Assembly: GCA_900555495.1 (NCBI GenBank)
Contig: USLD01000001.1
Coordinates: 1-38,454, forward strand
From: an uncultured Slackia sp.
GTDB lineage: Bacteria; Actinomycetota; Coriobacteriia; Coriobacteriales; Eggerthellaceae
Length of the DNA: 38,454 nucleotides
Direction of reading: 5' to 3'
The notes under the pieces are model-generated. The model saw only the letters and a list, made by a program, of their open reading frames with translations. It did no database searches and was not told the DNA's origin. The first letter of the stretch is position 1. Every line of letters starts with the position of its first letter. This document shows, in pieces, positions 8,035 through 17,886 of the stretch. Both the position numbers and the translations under genes were made by a program.

Positions 8035-9327
8035 CTATTCTCCCGCCCCGAGGTTCAGCCGGATTTCAGTGGTCTCGCCGGGGCTTACGCCGCCCGCGGC
8101 GCGCGTTGCGGCGCGCATCTCGTGGATGCGCTCTTTCTCCTGGTTGGACGAACCGGCCAACGCCGACTGCATGATGACGTCGTTTTCGAGGCGCGCCATG
8201 ATGGTGGGCCACTTGAACTGGAACTGGAAGTAGTTCGCGCAGTTCTCTTCCGCATAGCGCGCCGCGTCGGTGGTCGCCGATTTCGCGGCCTTGCGGTACC
8301 CCTTGCCGTCGGGGCGGCCGATCGATCGGAGCCACGCGGTGCGCTTGGCGCGCTTGGCCACGCCCGGCTGCAAAAACGGGCCGGGATACGGCAGCAACGA
8401 CTGAGGCTTGATCTGCAGCAGGTCGATCTGCGTGCGGGCGTATTCCACCTTGCGGTGCTCATAGAGCCATCGGAAGATGTCCTGGCGGAAACGCAGGCCT
8501 TCGCGTGGGGTGTCGGGCGGCAGGTGGCGCATATTCCACTGATTGTCGAACCATATGTCGCTGCCGTACATGCGCAGGTCGAGCATGTAATCGAGGTCTT
8601 CGCCGCGCGCGATCCACGGGTCGAACGACACGCGCCTGAACGCCTCGCGATGCAGCGCCAGGCAGCCGCCGCATACATGGTTGGAGCGAGAAAGGCGCGG
8701 ACCGTGCATGGCCTTTTCGATCCATTCGTTGAACGCGCGGCCCTGTTCCCAGAATCGGTCGTACCACTTCTGCGACCTGCTGGAACGATAGCTGCCCTCC
8801 TTGTTGAGGTAATAGCCCGTCTTGGCCAGGATGGGAATGCCGCGGCGCGTCAGCTTGCCCAGGCCGTACATGGCCTTCTCGAGAAACGCCTCGTCTTCGA
8901 CCACGGCATCGTCGTCCAAGAACACGGCGGCGTCGAAATCGAGCATATTGGCCACAAGCAGGCCCAGGTTGCGCACGGCGCCATAACCCGTCAGGCCTAT
9001 TTCGTCGCCCACGGACACGCCCAGCTGGCCCATGCGCTGACGCACGATGGCGAGCTCGGGCGAGCCGACCACGGTGATATCCAGATCGGAAAAATGATCG
9101 GCCACGTCGCGGATCTTGTTGACCGCCTGGTTCTCGATGGCCGACTCGGCAGCCACCAAGATGACGATCTGGCCCAGGCCGCGCACCTTGCGCAGCGAAT
9201 CGAGACAGCGCGGCAGTTCGCCCTGCGTCGAAAGCGTGGTGGTATGGTCGTAGGTGGCCGTGACCGGGCCTGCATCGGTGCGGCGGCGCGCCGATATATA
9301 CGTAGGTATAAGAACAACAGGGTTCAT
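8035..9327 (-). CDS. GT-A fold (family 2-like) glycosyltransferase
   Basis: VVLIPTY start, GYGAVRN, AVFLDDD (DxD) and RGEDLD motifs. RBS AAAGG precedes ATG 9327. Confidence 0.75.
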   Translation of the reverse strand: MNPVVLIPTYISARRRTDAGPVTATYDHTTTLSTQGELPRCLDSLRKVRGLGQIVILVAAESAIENQAVNKIRDVADHFSDLDITVVGSPELAIVRQRMGQLGVSVGDEIGLTGYGAVRNLGLLVANMLDFDAAVFLDDDAVVEDEAFLEKAMYGLGKLTRRGIPILAKTGYYLNKEGSYRSSRSQKWYDRFWEQGRAFNEWIEKAMHGPRLSRSNHVCGGCLALHREAFRRVSFDPWIARGEDLDYMLDLRMYGSDIWFDNQWNMRHLPPDTPREGLRFRQDIFRWLYEHRKVEYARTQIDLLQIKPQSLLPYPGPFLQPGVAKRAKRTAWLRSIGRPDGKGYRKAAKSATTDAARYAEENCANYFQFQFKWPTIMARLENDVIMQSALAGSSNQEKERIHEMRAATRAAGGVSPGETTEIRLNLGAGE

Positions 9328-9587
9328 GGATGCCTTTCTGTCGTGCGCCGCATACCTGCGGGCCGTTGCTGCGGCAATGCCGAGCACGACGCGTATCGCA
9401 TCGTCCCTCCCCTGCCGACATCGCACATTCGAGTCCTATTCTACTCTTTTGCGACGAAGCCTGCCGCAGGCGGCCGCACGCACGCGAGCATGAAAAACGC
9501 CTCCTGCACCGTTGGGACGCGCAGGAGGCGTGCATGCATTCGACCGAATGCGAACTATGCCAAGCGGGCCGGCGACCGGCAGAACGG

Positions 9588-10178
9588 CTAAGCCGAATGT
9601 TTGAAGATATTCGCCTTACGCAGCGCCGAAAGCAGCGGCATGCCGAGCGCATACACCACCACGGCTTCGCCGATTCCCGTAGCCACCAGGCCGAACAGAT
9701 ACATAGCCAGGTAAGCGCCGTCAAGGCTGATCGTAGTGAAGGGAATGGTGTAGAAACCCAGGCCCTGCAGCAGCAGAGGAAGATACGCGGGCACGATAAG
9801 CGCGTTTGCCAGCACGGGACCCAAAAGGGCGATGCCGGGGCGAGAGGCGAACTTGCGGCACCACAGCGCGCCGACGAGCGTCGCAGCCGAACCGAACACC
9901 ACGTCCAGCAGGCCGAGAGCGCCCGTGCCCGAAATGACCATATTGGCGAGGTTGGCCACGATGCAGCCGATCGTCAGGCCCGGCACGGCGGCAGGCGTCA
10001 GCACGGCCAGCACCACGAGAGCCTCTGAAATCCTGAACTGGACGGGACCCCAGGCAAGCCCCTGCAAAAGCACGAGGGCGGCAAGCGTGCAGGCGGCGTA
10101 CACCGCACCGATCATGCCTGCCTGGGCGACATAGGATGCGCGCGCCGAAGACGCGCCTTTCACGGCGATTTTCTCCAT
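9588..10178 (-). CDS. queT: QueT family queuosine-precursor transporter
   Basis: AGMIGAVY...WGPVQFRISEAL..L....P.AVPGL.IGC..AN and D..FGS.ATL are QueT family motifs. RBS AAGGAG. Confidence 0.88.
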   Translation of the reverse strand: MEKIAVKGASSARASYVAQAGMIGAVYAACTLAALVLLQGLAWGPVQFRISEALVVLAVLTPAAVPGLTIGCIVANLANMVISGTGALGLLDVVFGSAATLVGALWCRKFASRPGIALLGPVLANALIVPAYLPLLLQGLGFYTIPFTTISLDGAYLAMYLFGLVATGIGEAVVVYALGMPLLSALRKANIFKHSA

Positions 10179-10181
10179 GAG

Positions 10182-10283
10182 ATTCTCCTTTTCCGCATGC
10201 GAAAGAATTCGCACGGGCTATGGGCAACGAATAAACGAACGAGGCACAGGGCCCAACGATGCACCTCGCGACAGCGCAGTATA
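10182..10283 (-). promoter_or_regulatory. queT promoter (-10 TATACT) and structured 5' leader, riboswitch candidate
   Basis: -10 at 10278-10283. Stem 10240-10268 has a loop (UGGGC) complementary to a downstream GCCCA. A second hairpin at 10193-10216 abuts the SD. Confidence 0.45.
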
Positions 10284-10286
10284 GCA

Positions 10287-10312
10287 GAAACCCCGCCAGA
10301 CGGCGGGGTTTC
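10287..10312 (-). terminator. Intrinsic terminator / inverted repeat
   Basis: Perfect stem GAAACCCCGCC-AGAC-GGCGGGGTTTC after the upstream gene's stop. Confidence 0.7.
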
Positions 10313-10335
10313 GACGCTTCGATTGGATTCGGGGC

Positions 10336-11091
10336 CTATTCGGCAGACTTCTCCGCTTCCTTGGCCTCCTCGGCTTTGGCGGCCTTCTTGGCGGCCTCGC
10401 GCTCGGCCTTAAGCTGGGCGATCGGCTTGGAAGCCTCTTCCTTCGCCTTGGCTTCGGCGGCTTCCTTTTCGGCCTGGGCCTTAAGCTCGGCCTCGGAAGG
10501 CGCGGGGGCGGCATCTTCTTTCTTCTTGCCGAAGGTGTGGCCGAAGCGCTTCACCTGCTTGGCCTCTTTCTTCGCCTTGCGGGCGTCCTCTTTCTCCTGG
10601 GCGACCTGGTTGGCGGCGTTGGTGGCCATGTGCTGCTTCACTTCTTTGGGGTGCTTCTTCATCATTTCCATTTGATACGCACGGCGAACCTTGCGGATCT
10701 TGGAGAAATCGAGCCACAGGGCGCCGATGATGCAGCCGTAGGCGGGGATGATGCACATCCACGTGGCCCAGACGTTGTCGGGCATGAAGTTGGGCATGAT
10801 CATGCCGAGCACCGTAAGCACGATGGCGCTGATCAGCAGCACCCACCAGATGCGACGGAGCTTCTTGTACTCGTCGGTAGGCGGATTGTAGAACATACGG
10901 TCGAGCTCGGCGCGCTTGGCACGCTCGGCCTTCTTGATAGCCTTCTTCTCCTGAGGAGTGTGGCCGGCGGGGCGCACGTACACGCTCGCGGCGGCCTTGG
11001 CCTTCGGCTTGGCGGCGGAGGCGGATTTCTTGGTCTGGCCCTTGGGCTGTTCGCTTTGATAGCGCTCGTTCATCGGATTACGCTGAGACAC
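10336..11091 (-). CDS. Hypothetical two-TM membrane protein with Lys/Ala/Glu-rich tail
   Basis: Strong GC3 codon bias, two hydrophobic helices, and GTG 11091 after AAAGGAA. Confidence 0.8.
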   Translation of the reverse strand: MSQRNPMNERYQSEQPKGQTKKSASAAKPKAKAAASVYVRPAGHTPQEKKAIKKAERAKRAELDRMFYNPPTDEYKKLRRIWWVLLISAIVLTVLGMIMPNFMPDNVWATWMCIIPAYGCIIGALWLDFSKIRKVRRAYQMEMMKKHPKEVKQHMATNAANQVAQEKEDARKAKKEAKQVKRFGHTFGKKKEDAAPAPSEAELKAQAEKEAAEAKAKEEASKPIAQLKAEREAAKKAAKAEEAKEAEKSAE

Positions 11092-11272
11092 TTGGCTTCG
11101 TTCCTTTCGATACGCGGATGCGCAGAATTTCCGTAAAGTGAAATAATGCCAAAGCCCAGGCCCTGCCGCAAGCGGCAAAGCGCCGCCGTTTCAACGCCGT
11201 TACGTCGCAGAAGACGAAAAGCGGGGCCGCATCCGCGAACCCCGCCTCGATGCGCGCCGCATAGGACGCGCG

Positions 11273-12880
11273 CTATTTCTTCGTTTTCAGCTTGCGCATG
11301 CTGCCTGTTTTGCCGGCGTTTTTATCCTTGGGGTCCTTCTTTTCCTTCATGGCCTTGATGCGCTCGTAATCGTACAGGGGGATGTGGATGGTGAAGCAGG
11401 CGCCTTCGCCCTTCTTGCCCTCCACCTGCACCCAGCCGCCGTGGCGGTCGACGATTTCCTTCACGACGGCCAAGCCCACGCCCAGACCGCCGCTCTGGCG
11501 CTCGCGGCTTTCCTCGGCGCGCCAGAACCTGTTGAACACCATCTTGCACTCTTCGGGCGACAGGCCTATGCCTGTATCGCGCACGGCGATCGACGCCATG
11601 ATGTCGCCCTTGCGCACGATGACCGACACCTTGCCGGGCGAAGGCGTGTAACGCACCGCGTTCGAAATCAGGTTGGCCGTGGCCTGGCGGATCATGTCGC
11701 GATCGCCATACACCATGACCTCGTCCTCGGCGTCGAATTCGAGCGAAAGGCCGGCATCGCGCACGAACGCCTCATGCGACATGACCAGCGGACGAATGAG
11801 CTCGCCCACGTTGATGACCTCTTCGTTCATGGGCGTCGAGCGGCTTTCCAGACGCGACAGGCGCAGCAGAGCATCGACCAGACGGCTTAGGCGCTGGACC
11901 TCGGCGTTCACCGTGCCCAGGCGCTCGGCGTCGGGTTCGAACACGCCGTCGACGATCGCTTCGACAGTCGACTGGATTGCCATCAGCGGCGTACGCAGCT
12001 CATGAGCCACGTCCATGGTCAGGCGGCGCTCGAGCTGCTGGTTCTTCTCGACGCTTTCGGCCATGGCGTCGAACGTCTTGCCCAGCTCGGCTATCTCGTC
12101 GTTGCCTTCGAGGTTCGTACGCGCCGACAAGTCGCCCTCTTTGATGGCGGCGGCGGTGCGCGTCATGCGGTTAATGGGGTTGACCAGGCCGCGCGCGAAC
12201 AAGAAGCCGATGCACGAAGCCAAGATGGCCGACAGAACGGCCGCGAACGCCATGGCTTGATAGCTTTGATTGCGGAACGTCTGGTCGGCCTTGGAAAGCA
12301 ACACCTCGGAACCGTACACCCACATATGGACCGAGCCTACCGTCTTTCCATCCGACAGCACGATCGACGACGTTGCAAGCTTGTCGTTGCCGTCGGGGGC
12401 GAACGATGCGTCGGCCGTTATGTCGCGGTCGTTGCCGTCGGAATTCCTGCGTCCGTTAGGCAGCGACGAATCGTAGACCACCTGTCCGCCCTGCGCCGAC
12501 GTGACCTGGATGCCCATGCCCGGCTGCAGCATATGGGCCGATTGCGCGGGCTGCACATCGTCCATGCCGATCGGCGGATATGAGAAATCGTTCGATTTGC
12601 GCGCCTCGTCGAGCGCTGCGGCATGATTCGATTCGTAACGAGACGCCACGCTTTCGGCCGTGGCGTCGGCCAGTTCCTGCACGTTTTCGCGCGTATAAGC
12701 CTGGAAATGCTGTTCCCACACATACGAAAGAACGCCCATGGCCACGATGACGGTCATCATGGCCACGAGCGCGAACGTCACGGTGACGCGTGTGGTATAG
12801 GAATATTCGAAAAGGCGATCGTGGATCCGCGAGAAAACCCCCTTGCGGTCCTTGGTCGAAGTGTCGCCCGGTGATGCCAT
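11273..12880 (-). CDS. Sensor histidine kinase (2TM-HAMP-HisKA-HATPase)
   Basis: DVAHELRTPL H-box, NLISNAVRY, DTGIG, FNRFWR and GGLGVGL. Confidence 0.95.
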   Translation of the reverse strand: MASPGDTSTKDRKGVFSRIHDRLFEYSYTTRVTVTFALVAMMTVIVAMGVLSYVWEQHFQAYTRENVQELADATAESVASRYESNHAAALDEARKSNDFSYPPIGMDDVQPAQSAHMLQPGMGIQVTSAQGGQVVYDSSLPNGRRNSDGNDRDITADASFAPDGNDKLATSSIVLSDGKTVGSVHMWVYGSEVLLSKADQTFRNQSYQAMAFAAVLSAILASCIGFLFARGLVNPINRMTRTAAAIKEGDLSARTNLEGNDEIAELGKTFDAMAESVEKNQQLERRLTMDVAHELRTPLMAIQSTVEAIVDGVFEPDAERLGTVNAEVQRLSRLVDALLRLSRLESRSTPMNEEVINVGELIRPLVMSHEAFVRDAGLSLEFDAEDEVMVYGDRDMIRQATANLISNAVRYTPSPGKVSVIVRKGDIMASIAVRDTGIGLSPEECKMVFNRFWRAEESRERQSGGLGVGLAVVKEIVDRHGGWVQVEGKKGEGACFTIHIPLYDYERIKAMKEKKDPKDKNAGKTGSMRKLKTKK

Positions 12881-12927
12881 GGCACACGCCACCTTTCTAA
12901 TCCGCTACGGAAGGTTCGCGGCGGCCG

Positions 12928-13635
12928 CTAGCTTACTTTCGTGGAATCCTCGAAGCGATAGCCCACGCCGTGCACGGTGTGCAGCCACTTGGGATTGCGC
13001 GGGTTGTCGCCGATCTTGGCGCGCAGGTTCTTGACGTGCGAGTCGATCGTGCGCTCGTAGCCTTCGAAATCGTAGCCGAGCACCTTTTCGACCAGCTCCA
13101 TGCGCGAGTACACGCGGCCGGGATAGCGGGACAAGGTGGTGAGCAGCTTGAATTCGCTGGCAGTCAGGTCCACTTCCTCGTCGTTGACGAGCACCTTGTG
13201 GCCGGACACGTCGATGGTCAGCTCGCCGAACTCGAGCACCTCGCGCTGGGGTTCGGAATCGGCATGCACGCGGCGCAGCAGGGCGCGCACGCGGGCGACA
13301 AGCTCGCGGGGGCTGAAGGGCTTGACCAAGTAGTCGTCGGCGCCCAGCTCGAGGCCGATGATGCGGTCCTCGACTTCGCCCTTGGCGGTCAGCATGATGA
13401 TAGGCACATCGGAGTTGTCGCGGATGGCGCGGCAGACGCGCTCGCCCGGCACGCGGGGGAGCATAAGGTCGAGAACCACCAGGTCGAAATGATGCTTCCC
13501 GAATTCTTCGAGGGCCTCCTGGCCGTCGCCGACGGCGGTGACCCAGTAATTTTCACGCTCGAGATAGGCCGCCACGGCGTCGCGGATGGCCTTCTCGTCT
13601 TCGACCAGCAGAATACGGCGAGTTTCGTTGCTCAT
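12928..13635 (-). CDS. OmpR/PhoB-family response regulator
   Basis: LVEDE, LDLMLP, GADDYLVKPFSPREL, RTIDSHVKNLRAK and TVHGVGYRF. RBS GGAGGAG. Confidence 0.96.
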   Translation of the reverse strand: MSNETRRILLVEDEKAIRDAVAAYLERENYWVTAVGDGQEALEEFGKHHFDLVVLDLMLPRVPGERVCRAIRDNSDVPIIMLTAKGEVEDRIIGLELGADDYLVKPFSPRELVARVRALLRRVHADSEPQREVLEFGELTIDVSGHKVLVNDEEVDLTASEFKLLTTLSRYPGRVYSRMELVEKVLGYDFEGYERTIDSHVKNLRAKIGDNPRNPKWLHTVHGVGYRFEDSTKVS

Positions 13636-13773
13636 GATTGGACTCCTCCAATTCTCGGGGGGTTGATACCCTCGCGCGAACGCCACGTTTCGCGCGGGCC
13701 CGGTTTGCGTTTATTGTAACGATTCAAAGCGCGGCCCATGTCACCTCTAGTGAAAATGACACAATAAGCTTCT

Positions 13774-15323
13774 ATGGCTCAAAGAAAACCTACACCACGC
13801 CGAACGACCTCATCACGGCCCTCGCGTCCCCAGCATGCACAGCCGAGCAGGTCGCCCCAGGCCCGACGCAGCACGCGGGCCTCTGTCGGCGTTTCCGCAA
13901 GTCGGGCGACGAAGAGCAACCGAAGCGCCCATACTACGCGCGCGCACGGGAGAACCCCCCGCAGCGCCGAGATGCCGGCGCTGGCGAAAGGCGCCTCGAG
14001 CGCGGCGTTTCGCGCCAGCCACGCCGCCACCGCACGCGCGGCCGCGGCCTATAAGCCCAAGGCCCGCCGCGTCGCGAGCCCGCTCGACAGCCAGGTGCGC
14101 ATTCCCCTGCCCGAAGGCGAACGAACCCTCACGCGCCGCCAGCTGCTCATCGGAGCGGCGGGCCTGGGCTGCTCGCCGTAGGCGCCGGAGCCCAGGCGAT
14201 CACGAAATCGAAAGAAGCGGCCAACGCCGTCGAAACCCTCGAGGTTCCCGCCGACGCCGTGACGCTGCTCAGCAGCGACGCGTATTCCGCCGTCGAAGGC
14301 GACGCGCCGCTTGCCGCCGCAGGCGAATACAAGCTTCCCTACGGCACGCTGGTCTGGGCGAATTGCGACTCCTACGCAGCATGTCTGCTTCCCACCGAGG
14401 GATCCACGCCGCTCACGCAGGCGGGCATCATCACGTTGGCGGACGGCACCGTGAACACGGTGCTGCCTCATCCCGCAAGCGAAGAGCGCGGATTCGACAT
14501 CTACGATGCGCGCTGCGACGAGCGCGGCATGGTCTGGGTAGAGGCGAACTGCCTCACCGGCGAATGGCGCATCTACCAGGCAACGCATTCCGGCACGGCG
14601 CTCGGTTCCCCCGTGCTCGCCGAATCGGGCACGGCCGATTACGACGTGCCCTTCATCGCCGCCGCAGGCGGGCGGGCGTTTTGGCAGGTAATGCCCGATA
14701 GCGCGGGTTCTGCGGCAAGCGAGGCGTCGCTGCTCAAATCGGCGGCTTTCGGCTCGTCGGACGTGCGCGAAGACTGGCGCTCCAACGGCCGCATGGGCAC
14801 GCCGATCTATTCCACGGGCGACGGCGTGGTCATCACGCCGCGCGTCGACGCGACGGGCGTGTACTACCGGCTCACGCTGATCGACGCCGCAAACGGCCAG
14901 ACCAAAGATTCCATGACGCTTCCCGCGGGCATGAAACCGCTCGAAGCGGGCTATGTCAACGGACGCTTCACGTTCTCGTTCGACGCGGGCTATTCCCAGC
15001 AAAAGGGCCTTTCGAGCATCGGCACCTATGCGCCTGTCGACAAAGGCGGCGCCAGCGGCGCGCAATGGTTCTGCTTCGACCGCAATCCCACCGCAGCGCC
15101 CGCATGGACGGGGTCGTACTTCATCGTGAAATCGACGCGCACGGTCAGCGGCGTCGATTTCGCATCGGACACGTATTTCTCGCTGCCCTGTCCCAACGGC
15201 TGCGACGACTACGGCGACTACCTTGCCAGTAGCGGAACGGTGAATACCCTGGTCACCTACGTGGCCATGCCCGCCGCAGGCGAAACCGAGGCGCATACGC
15301 TCCTGCGCGTCTGGAAAGCGTAG
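13774..15323 (+). pseudogene. Tat-signal exported protein split by a 1-nt frameshift (pseudogene or sequencing error)
   Basis: ORF 13774 carries the twin-arginine motif LTRRQLLIGAAGLG. Adding one base at the GGG run (14166-14168) continues in frame as LLAVGAGAQAITKSK... into ORF 14259-15323. Confidence 0.75.
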
Positions 15324-15391
15324 GCTGCACGCCGCTTCGGAGGCCGGCGCCGCCGCGCGCCTTCGCGAACCCATATCGAAAAGGACACGCC

Positions 15392-16324
15392 GTGAAGCTT
15401 CAACAGCTCAAGTACCTGGTCGCCGTAGCGGAATGCGGCAGCATCACCGAAGCCGCGCGGCGGCTGTTCGTGTCGCAGCCGAGCATCACCGCATCGATTC
15501 GCGACCTCGAGCGCGAAATGGGCGTCACCGTGTTCGACCGCACCAGCAAAGGCGTGACCGTCACCGACGAAGGCCAAACGTTTCTCGGCTACGTCCGCCA
15601 AGTGCTCGAACAGGCGGACCTGCTCGAAGAGCGCTACAAGAACAACGCGAAACCCTCGCCGCGCTTCGCCGTATCATGCCAGCATTACTCGTTCGCGGTG
15701 AACGCGTTCGTCGACGTCATCCGCGCCTTCGACGCGTCGCATTACGATTTCACGATTCGCGAGGAACAGACGCACGAAATCATCGAAGACGTGGCCCGCA
15801 TGAAAAGCGAGCTGGGCGTGATCTATCTGAGCGACCGCAACCGCGAGGTGGTCGGCAAGATGCTGCGCGCCGAAGAATTGGAATTCAAGCCGCTGTTCAC
15901 CGCCGCGCCGCACGTGTTCATCTGCTCGTCGCACCCGCTGGCAGGCCGCGCCTCGGTCACCTTCGACGACCTGGACGACTACCCGTACCTGTCCTACGAA
16001 CAGGGAGACTTCAATTCGTTCTACTTCTCGGAAGAGCCCGCATCTACGCTCGACCGCCGCAAAAACATCCGCGTGCGCGACCGCGCGACGCTGTTCAACC
16101 TGCTCATCGGCCTGAACGGCTACACGGTGTGCTCGGGCGTGATCAGCCATGAACTCAATGGCGAAAACATCATCGCGCTGCCGCTCGAAGCGGACGAGCA
16201 TATGGAAATCGGCGTGATCACGCGCAAGGGAACCACGCTTTCGCGCTACGGCAAAGCATATCTCGAAGCACTCCGAAGCCATGTTCCAGACGCTGCGGCC
16301 GACCTTGGCACCGCCGTCGAATAA
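15392..16324 (+). CDS. LysR-family regulator, CpsY/MtaR/MetR-like
   Basis: HTH GSITEAARRLFVSQPS. FAVSCQHYSF.VNAFV, EIIEDV...KSELG and YPYLSYEQG..NSFYFSEE resemble streptococcal MtaR/CpsY. It lies next to a methionine synthase gene. Confidence 0.9.
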   Translation: MKLQQLKYLVAVAECGSITEAARRLFVSQPSITASIRDLEREMGVTVFDRTSKGVTVTDEGQTFLGYVRQVLEQADLLEERYKNNAKPSPRFAVSCQHYSFAVNAFVDVIRAFDASHYDFTIREEQTHEIIEDVARMKSELGVIYLSDRNREVVGKMLRAEELEFKPLFTAAPHVFICSSHPLAGRASVTFDDLDDYPYLSYEQGDFNSFYFSEEPASTLDRRKNIRVRDRATLFNLLIGLNGYTVCSGVISHELNGENIIALPLEADEHMEIGVITRKGTTLSRYGKAYLEALRSHVPDAAADLGTAVE

Positions 16325-16428
16325 GGGGCCTTCGACAGCGATGCGGGCATTCGGGCTTGGGCTTTTCGCTTCCCCTCGAATCCTCGCGCCACCTGCGGCG
16401 CGGTCATAACACCCGCCCCCTTACGTCC

Positions 16429-16457
16429 CTTCCTCATAGGAAATACCTATGAGGAAG
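16429..16457. promoter_or_regulatory. LysR (MET-box-like) operator
   Basis: Perfect inverted repeat CTTCCTCATAGG-AAATA-CCTATGAGGAAG. The core CATAG-N7-CTATG obeys T-N11-A. A putative -10 (CATACT) lies at 16497-16502. Confidence 0.75.
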
Positions 16458-16547
16458 CCGCATCTTCTTGTATTTCTCAATCGCAAACGCAAGCGTCATA
16501 CTCCTCGGCGTCGAACATTCCACGCACATCAAACGAGAGGACCCACC

Positions 16548-17666
16548 ATGACCCAGCTTGCACCCAACCGCTACGACGTCGTCGGCAGCTTCCTGCGCCC
16601 CGAACGCCTCAAAAAAGCCCGTGCCCAGCACGCCGCCGGCGTCATCGACGATGCCGCGCTGACTGCGATCGAAGACGAATGCATCGCGGAATTGATCGAG
16701 AAGGAGAAGGCCGCGGGGCTGCGCTTCATCACCGACGGCGAGTTCCGACGCGGCTACTGGCATCTCGACTTCATGTGGGGATTCGGCGGCATCGAGCATG
16801 TCGAGCTCGATCGCGGCTACCAGTTCGTCGGCGAAGAAACCACGAAGGGTTCGGCCATCCTGACAGGCAAGATCACCGGCAGCGGCCATCCGTTCATCGA
16901 GCATTTCAAGTTCGTGCAGCAATTCGAAGACGAGAACCATACCGCCAAGCAAACCGTTCCCGCACCCGCCCAGCTTCTGCTCGAGCTGTATCGCAACGAG
17001 GCCGCCGTCGAGCGCGTACATGCCATCTACCCCGACGAGGATGAGCTTTTCGCGGATATCGCCGCGGCGTATCGCACCTTCATCGAAGAAATCTACGAGG
17101 CGGGGTGCCGCAATCTGCAGTTCGACGACTGCACTTGGGGCATTCTGGTTGACGACCGCTACTGGAAAGACCGTCGCGGAGATGACTTCTCCGAAACCAC
17201 CGAAGCCGAAAAGTACCTGCGCTTGAACAACCTGGTGCTGGAAAGCAAGCCCGAGGGTATGGTAATCAACACGCACGTGTGCCGCGGCAACTACCACTCC
17301 ACCTACGCCAGCAGCGGCCCGTACGACATCATCGCGCCGTTCCTGTTCTCGCGCGAGCATACGGACGCGTTCTACCTCGAGTTCGACGACGAACGCTCCG
17401 GTAGCTTCGAGCCGCTGAAATACGTTCCCGAGGGCAAGAAGGTCGTCTTGGGCCTGATCACCACGAAGCGCCCCGAGCTGGAAGACCGCGACGCCGTGAT
17501 CGCCCGCATCCACGAGGCCGCTCAAATCGTGCCGCTTGAAAACCTGTGCCTGTCGCCGCAGTGCGGTTTCGCGAGCTGCGAAATCGGCAACAAGCTCACC
17601 GAAGACGAGCAGTGGGCGAAAGTCGCACTGGTCAAAAGCATCGCCGAAGAAGTCTGGGGCTGCTAA
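16548..17666 (+). CDS. Cobalamin-independent methionine synthase II family (MetE C-terminal domain only, YxjG/YxjH-like)
   Basis: DVVGSFLRP, ITDGEFRR, LQFDD, and Zn ligands in HVCRGN, FYLEFD and LSPQCGF. RBS GAGAGGA. Confidence 0.92.
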   Translation: MTQLAPNRYDVVGSFLRPERLKKARAQHAAGVIDDAALTAIEDECIAELIEKEKAAGLRFITDGEFRRGYWHLDFMWGFGGIEHVELDRGYQFVGEETTKGSAILTGKITGSGHPFIEHFKFVQQFEDENHTAKQTVPAPAQLLLELYRNEAAVERVHAIYPDEDELFADIAAAYRTFIEEIYEAGCRNLQFDDCTWGILVDDRYWKDRRGDDFSETTEAEKYLRLNNLVLESKPEGMVINTHVCRGNYHSTYASSGPYDIIAPFLFSREHTDAFYLEFDDERSGSFEPLKYVPEGKKVVLGLITTKRPELEDRDAVIARIHEAAQIVPLENLCLSPQCGFASCEIGNKLTEDEQWAKVALVKSIAEEVWGC

Positions 17667-17681
17667 CCCTAGCCCATAGAC

Positions 17682-17720
17682 AAAAGGCCGCATCTGATTT
17701 GTCGGATGCGGCCTTTTCTT
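17682..17720. terminator. Bidirectional intrinsic terminator
   Basis: AAAAGGCCGCATC...GATGCGGCCTTTT. Confidence 0.85.
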
Positions 17721-17785
17721 TCCATCGGGTTCGTGCAGGCGCATGCGCGAGCCCGATTTTTCTCTCTTCGCCACCGCATGTGGAA

Positions 17786-17801
17786 TGTTTCACGTGAAAC
17801 A
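17786..17801. other. parS: parS centromere-like site
   Basis: Perfect TGTTTCACGTGAAACA. The palindrome extends over 17783-17804. Confidence 0.92.
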
Positions 17802-17886
17802 TTCTTTTCACCATGAGGCGCCCCTCCAGCACGGCCCGCTTCAAGACAAAGCGAGAGGGTTCGCGTACTCAAAAGCAGCAAGCCCC

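Noticed and set aside
10336..10620. Repetitive GCC/TTC-rich DNA
   Set aside because: Explained by a Lys/Ala/Glu low-complexity protein tail; not a CRISPR or tandem array.
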